Positions 42,220-52,134 are shown, counted from the first letter of the stretch. The stretch is DNA of 64,000 bases from Patescibacteria group bacterium (GCA_018897195.1 JAHILH010000001.1:284565-348564); one strand, 5' to 3'. Notes: generated by a model not told the origin, from the sequence alone. Translations and numbers: made by a program.

Positions 42220-43509
42220 CTATTCTTTTCGTAGAGCGTCAATTGGATTCAACTTCGCTGCTTTTTGAGCGGGATAAATACCAAACAAAACACCAAAGAC
42301 AAAAGAAAAACCAAGGGACACAATATAGCTTTTTATCGGTATGACAAAGTCCCAATTCAAACCATACGAATTAGCCCCCAGGGCAATCAAAAATGATATT
42401 AACACCCCAAAAATTACCCCAAAAATACCGCCAAAGATGGTAATAATAATCGATTCAGTTAAAAACTGATATAAGATATCACTCTTCTGCGCCCCGACCG
42501 CCATACGCAAGCCAATCTCGGCTGTTCGCTCACTCACAATCACATACATAATATTCATAATCCCAACTCCACCCACAATCAACGAAATAGCCACGATTGC
42601 CAAAAGCAACAAAGTAATGGCGCCCGTGATCGTATTAAGAATATCCATCGTCTCCGCCATGGTCGCCACACGAAAATCATCCTTGCTCAAATCCGCCACA
42701 CCATTAGCATCGATGGTTGGTTGCGGAATATCATGATTCTCTCTCAGTATATATCGTATCTCCTCGGCTGTGTCCTCGGCAATACTCAAATCCTTGATTT
42801 CATGCACGGCATAGGTCATATAATCGATGCCCATCATTTTTTTCTGCAAGGTTTTTAAGGGCACAAAAACAAATTCATCATAATTTACACCCATTACCGA
42901 TCCTCGCTCCTTAATTACTCCAATAACGCGAAATTTATTTTTGCGAATTTTTATTATTTTGCCCAAGGAATCATTTTCACCAAAAAGTTGTTCTTTTATT
43001 TTACTACCCAATACCACCACTTCAGACAATGAGTTTTCCTCTTCGTCGGTAAAAAAACTTCCCTCCTCTACTTCACTGGCATCAATGTCTATATAACTCT
43101 TGTTTGTTCCAAAAACAAAAGTTTTTTTCATTTCATTTTCATAGCTAACCTGTTCTTGCCCCATAATACTGCCATAACTAGTAATCACATTGGGAATTTT
43201 ATTTATTTTATCCAAGTCACCGGCTGTTAATGTTGTCACCTGCACGCCCTGAGCCATCGCCGCTCCACTCTGCATATCTTTAGAGGTCTGGCTTTTCTTC
43301 CCAGTCGGAATCCGCACCTCGCTCATCACCACGTTGGTTCCGAAAGACTCCACCTGCCCAACAATCAAGCTCTCAATTCCCGCTCCAGCAGAATAAACAA
43401 CAATAACTGCCGAAATACCAATCACCATACCTAAAATTGTCAGACTTGTTCTGGTTTTATTCGCCAACATGGCCGTGATTGAACTTTTTACAATAGTATT
43501 TATTAACAT
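42220..43509 (-). CDS. MacB/FtsX-type ABC transporter permease (paralog B)
   Basis: N-terminal TM, a ~250-aa extracytoplasmic domain, and a C-terminal FtsX 3-TM bundle (IVGGVGIMNIMYVIVSERTAEIGLRMAVGA). Confidence 0.85.
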   Translation of the reverse strand: MLINTIVKSSITAMLANKTRTSLTILGMVIGISAVIVVYSAGAGIESLIVGQVESFGTNVVMSEVRIPTGKKSQTSKDMQSGAAMAQGVQVTTLTAGDLDKINKIPNVITSYGSIMGQEQVSYENEMKKTFVFGTNKSYIDIDASEVEEGSFFTDEEENSLSEVVVLGSKIKEQLFGENDSLGKIIKIRKNKFRVIGVIKERGSVMGVNYDEFVFVPLKTLQKKMMGIDYMTYAVHEIKDLSIAEDTAEEIRYILRENHDIPQPTIDANGVADLSKDDFRVATMAETMDILNTITGAITLLLLAIVAISLIVGGVGIMNIMYVIVSERTAEIGLRMAVGAQKSDILYQFLTESIIITIFGGIFGVIFGVLISFLIALGANSYGLNWDFVIPIKSYIVSLGFSFVFGVLFGIYPAQKAAKLNPIDALRKE

Positions 43510-43515
43510 AGTATA

Positions 43516-44766
43516 TTATTCATAGCGCAGCGCTTCCACCGGTTCAAGCCTCGATGCTTTGCGTGCTGGATATATTCCAAAAACAAGCCCAACAAAAGCC
43601 GAAACACTAATGGATAAAATTACCGATGACAGTGTCACAACAAACTCCCAATCATATCCCAGCTTTACCGCCACGACGGCAATAAGATAGGAAATAATTA
43701 TGCCACTAACAATCCCGATAAGACCGCCGATAGTTGTTACTACAATCGCCTCAATCAAAAATTGATTCATAATGTTAGCGTTATTGGCGCCAATAGCTTT
43801 GCGCAAACCAATTTCACGCGTTCTTTCAGTTACCGTCACTAACATAATATTCATAATTCCAACTCCTCCCACTATCAATGACAAGGCAGCCATAGCGGCT
43901 AAGAAAAACTTCAAAGCATCGGTAATAGTACCAATCATATCAATCGCCTGCGCCGCGCTTCGCACGTCAAAATCATCCTGACTACCGTCTTGTTCTGTGA
44001 TATCATGTCTTTCACGAAGCGTTTTTTGCATATCAAGAACTGCCTCATTTAGATTTTCCTCATAGTCAACCTTAGCCCTGATCATGCCAACATGATTGAC
44101 GCCGGCAATTAACTTTTGCATTGTCATTATTGGAATAAAAACTTGGTCATCATAATCTTGAAAAGCGACCGTGCCCCTCTCCTCCATTACACCAATAACC
44201 TCAAACATCTGTTTCTTAATTTTAATTCTTTGCCCAACCGCAGGCGACTCTCCAAATAGCTCAGTCTTAGCCGTACTACCGAGCACAACCACCTTTGATA
44301 AATTACGCTCCTCTTCTTCTGCGATAAAACGACCCTCTTGCACATTGCCACCCTCCACATTTAAATAACCGGAAGATATCCCGGAAATTGTCGTATCATA
44401 AGAAGCTGACTGCCATTGCAAACTACCGGCGCCTTTTGAATAAGCAACAATATCAACCAAGTTTGGCACATTTTTTTTGTCTTTCATGGCCATGGCATCC
44501 TCATAAGTCAAAGTTGTAATTACTACACCCATCGCTGAAGCCGGCGGACCGTTATTATCTGATTTGCCAGGCAATACGCCGACTAAATTAGAGCCAAAAG
44601 TCTTGACCTGTGACAATATCAAACTCTGTGCACCAGCGCCAACTGCCATAATTACGATTACCGCCCCGACACCGATAATAATTCCAAGCATAGTCAAAAA
44701 ACTTCTCATTTTATTACTGAGAAGCGCCGTAATCGAGTTTTTAACTGATTGCCCAATTGAGATCAT
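43516..44766 (-). CDS. MacB/FtsX-type ABC transporter permease (paralog A)
   Basis: Same architecture (IVGGVGIMNIMLVTVTERTREIGLRKAIGA). Confidence 0.85.
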   Translation of the reverse strand: MISIGQSVKNSITALLSNKMRSFLTMLGIIIGVGAVIVIMAVGAGAQSLILSQVKTFGSNLVGVLPGKSDNNGPPASAMGVVITTLTYEDAMAMKDKKNVPNLVDIVAYSKGAGSLQWQSASYDTTISGISSGYLNVEGGNVQEGRFIAEEEERNLSKVVVLGSTAKTELFGESPAVGQRIKIKKQMFEVIGVMEERGTVAFQDYDDQVFIPIMTMQKLIAGVNHVGMIRAKVDYEENLNEAVLDMQKTLRERHDITEQDGSQDDFDVRSAAQAIDMIGTITDALKFFLAAMAALSLIVGGVGIMNIMLVTVTERTREIGLRKAIGANNANIMNQFLIEAIVVTTIGGLIGIVSGIIISYLIAVVAVKLGYDWEFVVTLSSVILSISVSAFVGLVFGIYPARKASRLEPVEALRYE

Positions 44767-44876
44767 TGCCGAAATTTTTAAATTTTAATTTTAAATTTTG
44801 AATCAATTTTAAATGAATTAATTTTTAATTTTTTAAAATCATCAATTACTCAAAATTCAAAATTCGAAATTAAAAA

Positions 44877-45590
44877 TTATTTTAGAAGCTCTCCATCTTT
44901 TGCAAATCTTCTATTAATGACTGGTTGATCTGAAACAATTTCTCCATCGCGCACGAGAACAATACGCTTCGCATGTTCAGCCGTGTAGGTTTCATGAGTA
45001 ACAAGAATAATAGTATTGCCGGCATCATTTAACTTTTGCAAAATCTGCATAATCTGTACACCAGATTTAGAGTCCAAATTACCAGTGGGCTCATCAGCAA
45101 AAAGAACCGAGGGTTTATTAATCAAGGCTCGTGCAATAGCGACGCGCTGTTTTTCACCGCCGGAAATTTGATTAGTATAATAGTCCATTCTATGACCAAG
45201 GCCAACGCTTTCAAGTACTTCTTTAACTCGTTGATCCATGTCAATTTTATTTTTGGAATACGTTAGTGGTAATTTTACATTTTCAAAAACCGTCGTTCGA
45301 GGTAATAAATTAAAAGACTGAAAAACAAAACCAATTTTTTCATTACGCAAAATTGCTAATTCCTCATCATCTAATTTAACCACATCTTTGCCGTCCAAAA
45401 AATAATGTCCTTCTGTTGCTCGATCCAAAAGGCCTAAAATATGCATCAAGGTGGACTTACCAGAACCAGATGGTCCCATTATCGCCACAAACTCCCCTTC
45501 AGCTATACCAAAAGAAAGGCCGTGCAATACTTTTGTCACGACCTCTCCGGAGTGGAATTCTTTTTGTAAATTTTCTACCTTAATCAACAT
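44877..45590 (-). CDS. ABC transporter ATP-binding protein (MacB/LolD-like)
   Basis: Walker [10 protein letters not shown], signature [15 protein letters not shown], Walker [12 protein letters not shown]. Confidence 0.9.
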   Translation of the reverse strand: MLIKVENLQKEFHSGEVVTKVLHGLSFGIAEGEFVAIMGPSGSGKSTLMHILGLLDRATEGHYFLDGKDVVKLDDEELAILRNEKIGFVFQSFNLLPRTTVFENVKLPLTYSKNKIDMDQRVKEVLESVGLGHRMDYYTNQISGGEKQRVAIARALINKPSVLFADEPTGNLDSKSGVQIMQILQKLNDAGNTIILVTHETYTAEHAKRIVLVRDGEIVSDQPVINRRFAKDGELLK

Positions 45591-45615
45591 TGTTGTTTCT
45601 TATAAAAAATTATTT

Positions 45616-45891
45616 TTAGCTTTCTAACACCTTGGCATATCTTTGCTCATCAGCCACCAATCTTGCCCAAGTTTCCGCATCATTATTTTTCATATCCCAA
45701 ATCTTATCACGTAAATGTTCTGTTAATAGATGTAGATTTTCATTACTTTCACTTGCTGCCTCATAAACCGCTTCATCCTCTTCGGGAATTGAAATTTTAG
45801 AAAAAATCTCCCAAAGAATTTTGTGATCAGTATTTAAGTCAGAATCAGTAATCAAGCTATTTAATTTTCCCTTAAAATTTTCTTCTGTCAT
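45616..45891 (-). CDS. Small acidic hypothetical protein (91 aa)
   Basis: ORF inside the exporter operon, with the start placed at MTEENFKGK. No motif recognised. Confidence 0.4.
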   Translation of the reverse strand: MTEENFKGKLNSLITDSDLNTDHKILWEIFSKISIPEEDEAVYEAASESNENLHLLTEHLRDKIWDMKNNDAETWARLVADEQRYAKVLES

Positions 45892-45955
45892 ATTTTTGCT
45901 TCGCCACGCCACAGCTTTGGTGACGGCGGATTTTTAATTTTTTATTTATTTTTCC

Positions 45956-46063
45956 TTAGGCTTGTTGCTTAAAACGACTAAATGCCTCATCTATTTTTTC
46001 TCGAGCTGACAAAACAGACTCTTTTTCTTGGTTACTGTCGGTTGTTTCTTGATGACTAGGCAT
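45956..46063 (-). CDS. Possible 35-aa acidic peptide
   Basis: Below the track cutoff. AAGGAGAA sits 4-5 nt before ATG 46063. Reads MPSHQETTDSNQEKESVLSAREKIDEAFSRFKQQA. Lies between the adaptor gene and the 91-aa ORF. Confidence 0.3.
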   Translation of the reverse strand: MPSHQETTDSNQEKESVLSAREKIDEAFSRFKQQA

Positions 46064-46123
46064 CTGTTCTCCTTTGAAAAAATTAAACATAGGTTTTTGT
46101 TTATTAATTTATAATAAATAATT

Positions 46124-48034
46124 TTAGTTTTCAGTAATCTTCGTGATAATACTCTCACCCTCATTCACGCCCGATACAACTTCAACCAATCCGTCATCGC
46201 CCTTAATCCCAATTTTAATGTCTTTTTCAACAACTTCTTTATCATTAAGCAAAATTCGCACAAATTTTTCGCCACTCGCTCGATCAATCATAGCGCGACT
46301 TGGAATAATCAAAACATTTTCTTTATTTTCAGTTATAATGACAATATTCGCGGTCATTCCTGATTTAATAGTATAGGAAATACTTTTTTCTGTAAATAGG
46401 ACAATAACCTTATAATAAATAACTTCTTGTATGACGGTTTCAGCTGGTTCAATAAAATTCACAACGCCATTGAATTTAATATTTTCACCATATGAGTCGA
46501 GGGTAATCTCTGTATTTTGTCCAATTTTTAATTTGGAAATATCCGCCTCCGAAATCAAGACTTCGATTTTGAAATTATTTTCCCCCAAAATTGCAATCAC
46601 CACCTTGCCGGGGGTGGCTTGCTCACCAACAGAATAATCAACACGAGTTACGACAGCGTCAATCGGTGCCTTTATTTTATTATCATCGATCTGCTTGATT
46701 ACTCCATTTAAATTGGCCTCAGCTTGCTTTATCTGTGATTGTGTCAAATCAACATCATAAGTATTAGCTGGCGCTAAAATTTTAGCCAATTGCGCCTGGA
46801 CAACCGCCTGCGCTACACGAGCTGAGTCTACACTAGACTGAGCGGAATTAATTTGTTGATCACCAGATATCTTGGCTGTTGTTAGCGTATTTTTAGCTCT
46901 ATTAACGGCATCGTTATAGTTTGCTCGCGCCTGCGCCAATGCGTCTTCAGCTGTCGAAACCTTGGTTTCATAATTCACAATCACACCATCAAGGCTTTGC
47001 ATAGCCTGTTGCACTACTGAGACTGCCGCACTAACTAAACCTTGTTCCCTATTAATTGAAGCTTTCAAAGCATCTAAGTCGGCCTGATTAAACTTAGCTG
47101 ATATAATGGAATTTTCCAAAGCGCTATAACAATCACGCAAAGCAGTATTAGCTTCATTGACCACCTTCCAGGCATCATCAACGGCGTCTTGAACATTTCC
47201 ATTTGATTTATCCGCATTCGCTTTTGCCAACGAGATCTTGGCATTGTTCAAATAATCAACTGCAAGATTATACTCTAGCTTGGTTGCAGTTAAATATGTG
47301 GTGTTCTTGACACTAATTAAATCCTCACCATCCTCATCATTTAGAGTTCGATTCAAAACATCCAAGGAATTATTAATCACATTTAATTTATCACTCACAC
47401 TCACCAAGGTATTTTTCACATTATTATCAATATCTTTCTGGTAAATCATTTTGGTATTGCCTAGATTGACCTGCGCGGTCGCAATCGCCTGTTCAGACGG
47501 GGTAACGTCAGTATTGGCACCAGACTGCAAATCGTTCAAAGTTTTTTGTGCCTGACTAATATTTTCATTAACGGTTTTTCTAATTTTATCCAAGTTGCTT
47601 GCAGCCGCATTGTAGGATTTTTGCGCCTGTGCAACATTGGCTTGAGCAATGGCAATATCCTGAGACGTCGCGCCGCTGATTAATTTTGATAAATTACCAC
47701 GAGCCACCTGTAAACCGGCTTCAGCCTCCTGTTTTCTAATATTTAGCGCTGCGTAATCCAACTCAGCCAAAACCTGACCGGCCTTGACCTGGTCACCAAC
47801 CTTGGCATTAATAATATTTACCCTACCAGAATTAGCAAAACTCAAATTAATCTCATTATCCGCCTTTACTGTTCCTGTCTCACTCACTGTCTGTACAATA
47901 TTACTCTTCTGAACCTTCGTGGTAGTATAAACTGTCGTGGTTTTATTTGCCAATGAAAAATAAGTCGCTATGGCACCTGCCAGCGCAAATAATACAACTG
48001 CAATTATTATTCTTTTTTTATTTTTTTTAGTCAT
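46124..48034 (-). CDS. HlyD/MacA-type periplasmic adaptor (membrane fusion protein) with a very long coiled-coil insert
   Basis: N-terminal TM, lipoyl half-motifs (GRVNIINAKVGDQVKAGQVLAELD ... IKAPIDAVVTRVDYSVGEQATPG) separated by ~350 Ala/Gln/Asn-rich residues, then barrel and membrane-proximal domains. Confidence 0.8.
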   Translation of the reverse strand: MTKKNKKRIIIAVVLFALAGAIATYFSLANKTTTVYTTTKVQKSNIVQTVSETGTVKADNEINLSFANSGRVNIINAKVGDQVKAGQVLAELDYAALNIRKQEAEAGLQVARGNLSKLISGATSQDIAIAQANVAQAQKSYNAAASNLDKIRKTVNENISQAQKTLNDLQSGANTDVTPSEQAIATAQVNLGNTKMIYQKDIDNNVKNTLVSVSDKLNVINNSLDVLNRTLNDEDGEDLISVKNTTYLTATKLEYNLAVDYLNNAKISLAKANADKSNGNVQDAVDDAWKVVNEANTALRDCYSALENSIISAKFNQADLDALKASINREQGLVSAAVSVVQQAMQSLDGVIVNYETKVSTAEDALAQARANYNDAVNRAKNTLTTAKISGDQQINSAQSSVDSARVAQAVVQAQLAKILAPANTYDVDLTQSQIKQAEANLNGVIKQIDDNKIKAPIDAVVTRVDYSVGEQATPGKVVIAILGENNFKIEVLISEADISKLKIGQNTEITLDSYGENIKFNGVVNFIEPAETVIQEVIYYKVIVLFTEKSISYTIKSGMTANIVIITENKENVLIIPSRAMIDRASGEKFVRILLNDKEVVEKDIKIGIKGDDGLVEVVSGVNEGESIITKITEN

Positions 48035-48425
48035 TTAATTTGCTTCTATTTTGAATTATTTTTTTAACTTTAGCTACAAACTCATCAATATTTAATTCCT
48101 CTTTTAAGAAATAATAATCTGCGCCTAAATTGTGACAACGAGCCCGCACATCTGCATCACTCATATCAGAAAAAACAAATACTGGTGTGATAAAAATATC
48201 TTCATCCGCCTTGATCCGATTCAAAAGCTCAAAACCATCCATATTGGGCAACACTAAGTCCAAAACAATATAATCAGGCTTATCAACCTTAATCTTCGCA
48301 ATCAAACTCCCAATAAAATCCGTACCATCACTAAAAGAAACCTCAAATCCGCCCACCCGAAATTGCGCCCCCAAACTATGCATCACATTAGCATCATCCT
48401 CAATTATCAATATCTTTTTAGGCAT
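48027..48425 (-). CDS. Single-domain response regulator (CheY-like receiver)
   Basis: ILIIEDD, phospho-acceptor context YIVLDLVLPNMDGFELL, and conserved S (VFSD) and K (YYFLKE). No output domain. The stop overlaps the adaptor start by 8 nt. Confidence 0.85.
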   Translation of the reverse strand: MPKKILIIEDDANVMHSLGAQFRVGGFEVSFSDGTDFIGSLIAKIKVDKPDYIVLDLVLPNMDGFELLNRIKADEDIFITPVFVFSDMSDADVRARCHNLGADYYFLKEELNIDEFVAKVKKIIQNRSKLND

Positions 48426-48596
48426 ATATTAAAATCTGTTAATAACTTTATTATATCATTATTATACTAAAAATTGCATTAAATTACAAATAAAAATGGG
48501 CACACCGCCAATATTGACAAAACGCTAATATCTGATAAAATAATTTTGTTGTTCTTTTTCGTTTTTCTGAATAACTTTACAAACGGAGGTAGAAGC

Positions 48597-48839
48597 TTGG
48601 CAAGTCTTATTGTTAAAAAAGTGATAATGAAGGGCGGAGACACCACCTGCAAGTTCAGCGGCAAACCGATCGTGAACGGACAGGAGCACGTCGCTGTTTT
48701 TTCTGGAAAAAAAGTCGTAAATCGATTCCTCAATTACGATTGCCAAGAAAAATTTCAGGAACTTGTCAATAGCAAATCCACCTTAAAACGATACGCCCAC
48801 AACCCTGAAAAGGAAAAACAAAAAGCCGCGGTGGCTTAA
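48597..48839 (+). CDS. Small hypothetical protein (80 aa from a TTG start)
   Basis: ACGGAGGT RBS 6 nt before TTG 48597, with an alternative ATG 48627 (MKGGDTTCKFSGKP...). A strong terminator follows at 48858-48889. Confidence 0.45.
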   Translation: MASLIVKKVIMKGGDTTCKFSGKPIVNGQEHVAVFSGKKVVNRFLNYDCQEKFQELVNSKSTLKRYAHNPEKEKQKAAVA

Positions 48840-48857
48840 AATAATAACCGCACCCAA

Positions 48858-48889
48858 GCGACCACTACCCAGTGGTCGCACTTTTTTTT
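48858..48889 (+). terminator. Intrinsic terminator after ORF 48597..48839
   Basis: GCGACCACT-ACCC-AGTGGTCGC followed by ACTTTTTTTT. Confidence 0.75.
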
Positions 48890-48894
48890 ATAAA

Positions 48895-48921
48895 TAAAAA
48901 AGCCGGATCTTTGTCCGGCTT
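48895..48921 (-). terminator. Intrinsic terminator of the tgt-like operon
   Basis: The reverse strand reads AGCCGGA-CAAAGA-TCCGGCT followed by TTTTTT. Confidence 0.65.
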
Positions 48922-48933
48922 CGTAGGCATTTT

Positions 48934-49080
48934 TTATTTAGCCCTTTTTATTTTTCTACTCCACGCTTGGGAATAATCCCTTCGACCATCAGTTGTCGCA
49001 TTACGACAGCGATTAGTCGAAATTGTTTTTTTACAAAATCTCAAAAAACTATCAACCGCGAGACCAATGATTATTTTCAT
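48934..49080 (-). CDS. Possible 48-aa basic peptide downstream of the tgt-like gene
   Basis: Below the track cutoff. GGGGGA RBS 6 nt before ATG 49080. Reads MKIIIGLAVDSFLRFCKKTISTNRCRNATTDGRRDYSQAWSRKIKRAK. A terminator follows at 48895-48921. Confidence 0.3.
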   Translation of the reverse strand: MKIIIGLAVDSFLRFCKKTISTNRCRNATTDGRRDYSQAWSRKIKRAK

Positions 49081-49091
49081 TTTTCGTCCCC

Positions 49092-50246
49092 CTATTTTTC
49101 GTTTTTAAGACTTTGTCTTATCTCTTCCATAAGGTCAAGATAAAACTCCAAATTATTTAGACTCGCCAAACGACTGCCTAGTGGTTCTTTTATTTTAAAT
49201 AAATAGTGCAAATAAGCCCTGGACAGATTGCGTAACTCTGGCAATTTACTATCTTTATTTATTGGCGAAAAATCATTAGCAAATTTCGCATTACCAATTG
49301 CTATTGTATCATAAAATGTCTTGGTCGCACACGTCTTCCCCATCGGGATCTTTTTGGAATTCTTTTTCCAGGCAAACATACGACCATGACGACCTTCGCG
49401 AGTAGGGATAACACAGTCAAACATATCCACACCGCGCTTGACGGCTTCGACAATATTTTCTGGATAACCAACCCCCATCAAGTATCTCGGCTTGTCCTCG
49501 GGCATTTCTGGAGTTAAATAATCTAGCACCTTGTACATTTCCTTCGCCGTTTCCCCCACACTCAAACCGCCGATATTATAGCCATCAAAACCAACCTCAA
49601 TCAATTCTTTCAAACTCCGCAAACGCAACTCCTTGTCCAGGCCACCTTGAATGACGGCATGTACCAAGGGTACAGCCTTTTTCTTCTTTTTAACTTGTTC
49701 CAAGTATTTCTTCGTCTTCGCCGCCCAATGAGTGGTCAACGCCACCGACTCTTCGACGTATTTTCTCTCCGCCGGCAAAGCCACGCACTCATCAAGACAA
49801 ACGGCAATGTCCACACCCAAGTCCATTTGAATCCGCAAAGATTCTTCCGGTGTCAAGTCATATTTTCGGCCGTCAATATAGGATTTAAATTTTACACCAT
49901 CACTATTTAATTGCACCAAGCTTTTACCGGTCTTACTTTTATTACCCGCCAAGGAAAAAACTTGAAAACCACCGCTATCCGTCAAAATCGGTTTTTCCCA
50001 ATTCATAAATTGATGCAAGCCACCGAATTTCTTAATCAAGGCCTCTCCAGGTCGCAACATTAAATGATAGGTATTGGATAATAAAATCGACGCGTCCAAC
50101 CTGCGCATATCCTCGCCGGAAATGTGCTTAACCGTCCCTTGCGTCGCTACTGGCATAAAAAAAGGTGTCGGTATTTCACCATGTGCCGTTTTCAAGATAC
50201 CTGCTCGTGCTTGATTATTTTTGGATTTTTTTATTATTTCAAACAT
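49092..50246 (-). CDS. tRNA-guanine transglycosylase (Tgt) homolog lacking the Zn ligands and the nucleophile Asp
   Basis: Clear Tgt fold motifs: LTDSGGFQV, LDEC, VIQGG, IGGLSVGE, YLMGVG, DMFDCVIPTR. But GVGYPEN replaces GVGKPED, and INKDSKLPELRNLSRAYLHYL plus ASLNNL replace ..ECDCYTCRNYSRAYLHHL and ..HN. Confidence 0.75.
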   Translation of the reverse strand: MFEIIKKSKNNQARAGILKTAHGEIPTPFFMPVATQGTVKHISGEDMRRLDASILLSNTYHLMLRPGEALIKKFGGLHQFMNWEKPILTDSGGFQVFSLAGNKSKTGKSLVQLNSDGVKFKSYIDGRKYDLTPEESLRIQMDLGVDIAVCLDECVALPAERKYVEESVALTTHWAAKTKKYLEQVKKKKKAVPLVHAVIQGGLDKELRLRSLKELIEVGFDGYNIGGLSVGETAKEMYKVLDYLTPEMPEDKPRYLMGVGYPENIVEAVKRGVDMFDCVIPTREGRHGRMFAWKKNSKKIPMGKTCATKTFYDTIAIGNAKFANDFSPINKDSKLPELRNLSRAYLHYLFKIKEPLGSRLASLNNLEFYLDLMEEIRQSLKNEK

Positions 50247-50260
50247 TTATTTCAACAAAA

Positions 50261-52051
50261 TTACTTAGTTTTTACAATCTTATAAAGTGTAAAATCATAA
50301 TTTAATCTCTTAATTACCTTTAACTGTATACCAAACTCTACCAATTTGCGTGTATTTAAATATTCAACATCTTTCGGTGGCAGAGAAAAATTATAATAAT
50401 AAACTGGCAATTTTCCAGCTAGCTCTGCGTAAATAACCACCATGTTGGGATCAGTAAAATCACCAACAATCACCTTCCTCTCTGGAAATACTAATTTATC
50501 ATGATATCGAGTAATTAATACAGAATTATTTTCCGTTAAGCTAATTAAATCGCGCCACTCCGCTCTGGTCCTTGTACTTTTTTCATATAAATAAACCAGA
50601 CCCTCTTCGGAGCCAGCTAACAAAAAATTTGCTGACCAAAAAAAGATTGCGATGAGCACTATTGCTCGCATCGCATTAGTGAAAAATTTTCGGGAAATAT
50701 GAAAATTAAAAAAAACGTGTCCAACGCGCTCATTCTTACTAATTACCACTTTGGCGATTGTCCGACTTATTTGCACTAATAAATAAACAAAAAACGGAAT
50801 CATGCCTAAATACATTGGCAACCAATAGCGCGTGTATGAATTACCAATTGTATGACTACGTGGATCCGGATTGTCATAAAAAGTCCAGCTGCCATAATAA
50901 ATTACCAAAATAAAAGAAATCACCGACAAGGACAATAAAAACACCCACTGTCTTTTTTTGCTCTTTTTAAACTTGGCAACAAATAATAAAATTCCGGCTG
51001 AGCCCAACCAAAAGAGCCAATTAAACATTTCAACAAAATAATACAAAAACATATGCGCGCTTTGGCGCGGATGGATACCGAAATAAAATAAAGTCTCCTT
51101 GACCTTGGCAATTATACCGGCATAATTTTTAAAATTACCACTCACGGTTGTTTGGAAAATTTGCGATCCTGAATCTTTAAGGTTTTGAATTGAACTGTTC
51201 ATTTCTGAATAGCCACCCGACAAAGGGGCGCCATACAATATTGTATTAAAATGAAAAACAGGCAACAGGGCGACAAGTAAAAACACCAAAAACACTATCG
51301 GACGATAAAAACCGATTTTTCTGATATTAAAAATCCAAATAACTAGCACCATCGGCAAAATCCACATCAACTCTGATGTTCTGGTTATAACACTGAGCCC
51401 TAAAAATAAACCAGACAGCATCGCAAAAAACAAACCTTTCAATATCGTTTTTTTCTTGGTCCCCTCAAAACGCTCCACCATCATTACTCCAAAATACAAA
51501 GCAATTACCAAAAAAACAGTAAACAAAACATTATGGAACATGCTTCTAACTGTGTAATAAACATAAGATGGGAAAAAAGCCAGAATAAAAGTCGACATCA
51601 AGGCATTTTCTTTGCTAAAAATCTTGCGCACTAATAGATAGAAAAAAATTAAACCAAAGGAGGCGAATAGTGGCGTCAAAAACGGTATCACGCGATAAGA
51701 AAATACCTTCGCAATTGTGCCATAGACCAAAATAATTCCCAAAAAACTGACCGGCTTAATATCACCATGATCAGAACGAAAACTACGCGGCCGCATAATA
51801 TCGCTCGCCATTAAATTATAATTTTCGCGAATTATTAATTTATTTTCTTGAGCGTAATACTTAGTAAAGACATAATTAGCCGTCTCGTCCGGTGATGTCC
51901 ACTTCACAAAATCAACCCCTTCGCCAGTTGATTTTTGGAATTCTTGCGTTTTGTAATTAAAATAACTGGTCGTCAAAAAAAATAATACCGTCAAAATAGT
52001 CAGTAAAATCAGATGCCAATTTTTTTTCAAAATATTCATTTTCATTTCCAA
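50261..52051 (-). CDS. GT-C fold membrane glycosyltransferase (family 39/ArnT/PMT-like)
   Basis: 596 aa with more than 10 TM helices, a first-loop acidic motif (SPDETANYVF), and a C-terminal soluble domain. The start could also be M5. Confidence 0.5.
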   Translation of the reverse strand: MEMKMNILKKNWHLILLTILTVLFFLTTSYFNYKTQEFQKSTGEGVDFVKWTSPDETANYVFTKYYAQENKLIIRENYNLMASDIMRPRSFRSDHGDIKPVSFLGIILVYGTIAKVFSYRVIPFLTPLFASFGLIFFYLLVRKIFSKENALMSTFILAFFPSYVYYTVRSMFHNVLFTVFLVIALYFGVMMVERFEGTKKKTILKGLFFAMLSGLFLGLSVITRTSELMWILPMVLVIWIFNIRKIGFYRPIVFLVFLLVALLPVFHFNTILYGAPLSGGYSEMNSSIQNLKDSGSQIFQTTVSGNFKNYAGIIAKVKETLFYFGIHPRQSAHMFLYYFVEMFNWLFWLGSAGILLFVAKFKKSKKRQWVFLLSLSVISFILVIYYGSWTFYDNPDPRSHTIGNSYTRYWLPMYLGMIPFFVYLLVQISRTIAKVVISKNERVGHVFFNFHISRKFFTNAMRAIVLIAIFFWSANFLLAGSEEGLVYLYEKSTRTRAEWRDLISLTENNSVLITRYHDKLVFPERKVIVGDFTDPNMVVIYAELAGKLPVYYYNFSLPPKDVEYLNTRKLVEFGIQLKVIKRLNYDFTLYKIVKTK

Positions 52052-52134
52052 AGATTGATATCCTATCGCCTCGCTCTAGGATGACAAAATTTATGTTTCT
52101 TGTTTTTTGCCAATTTTTAAGTTAAAATAAACTT

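Noticed and set aside
44767-44876. 110-bp spacer of almost pure A/T inside the ABC exporter operon, checked as possible bent DNA or an internal promoter
   Set aside because: The T-tracts are spaced ~6-7 bp apart rather than in helical phase. I could not pick a convincing -35/-10 pair, so I treat it as low-complexity sequence.
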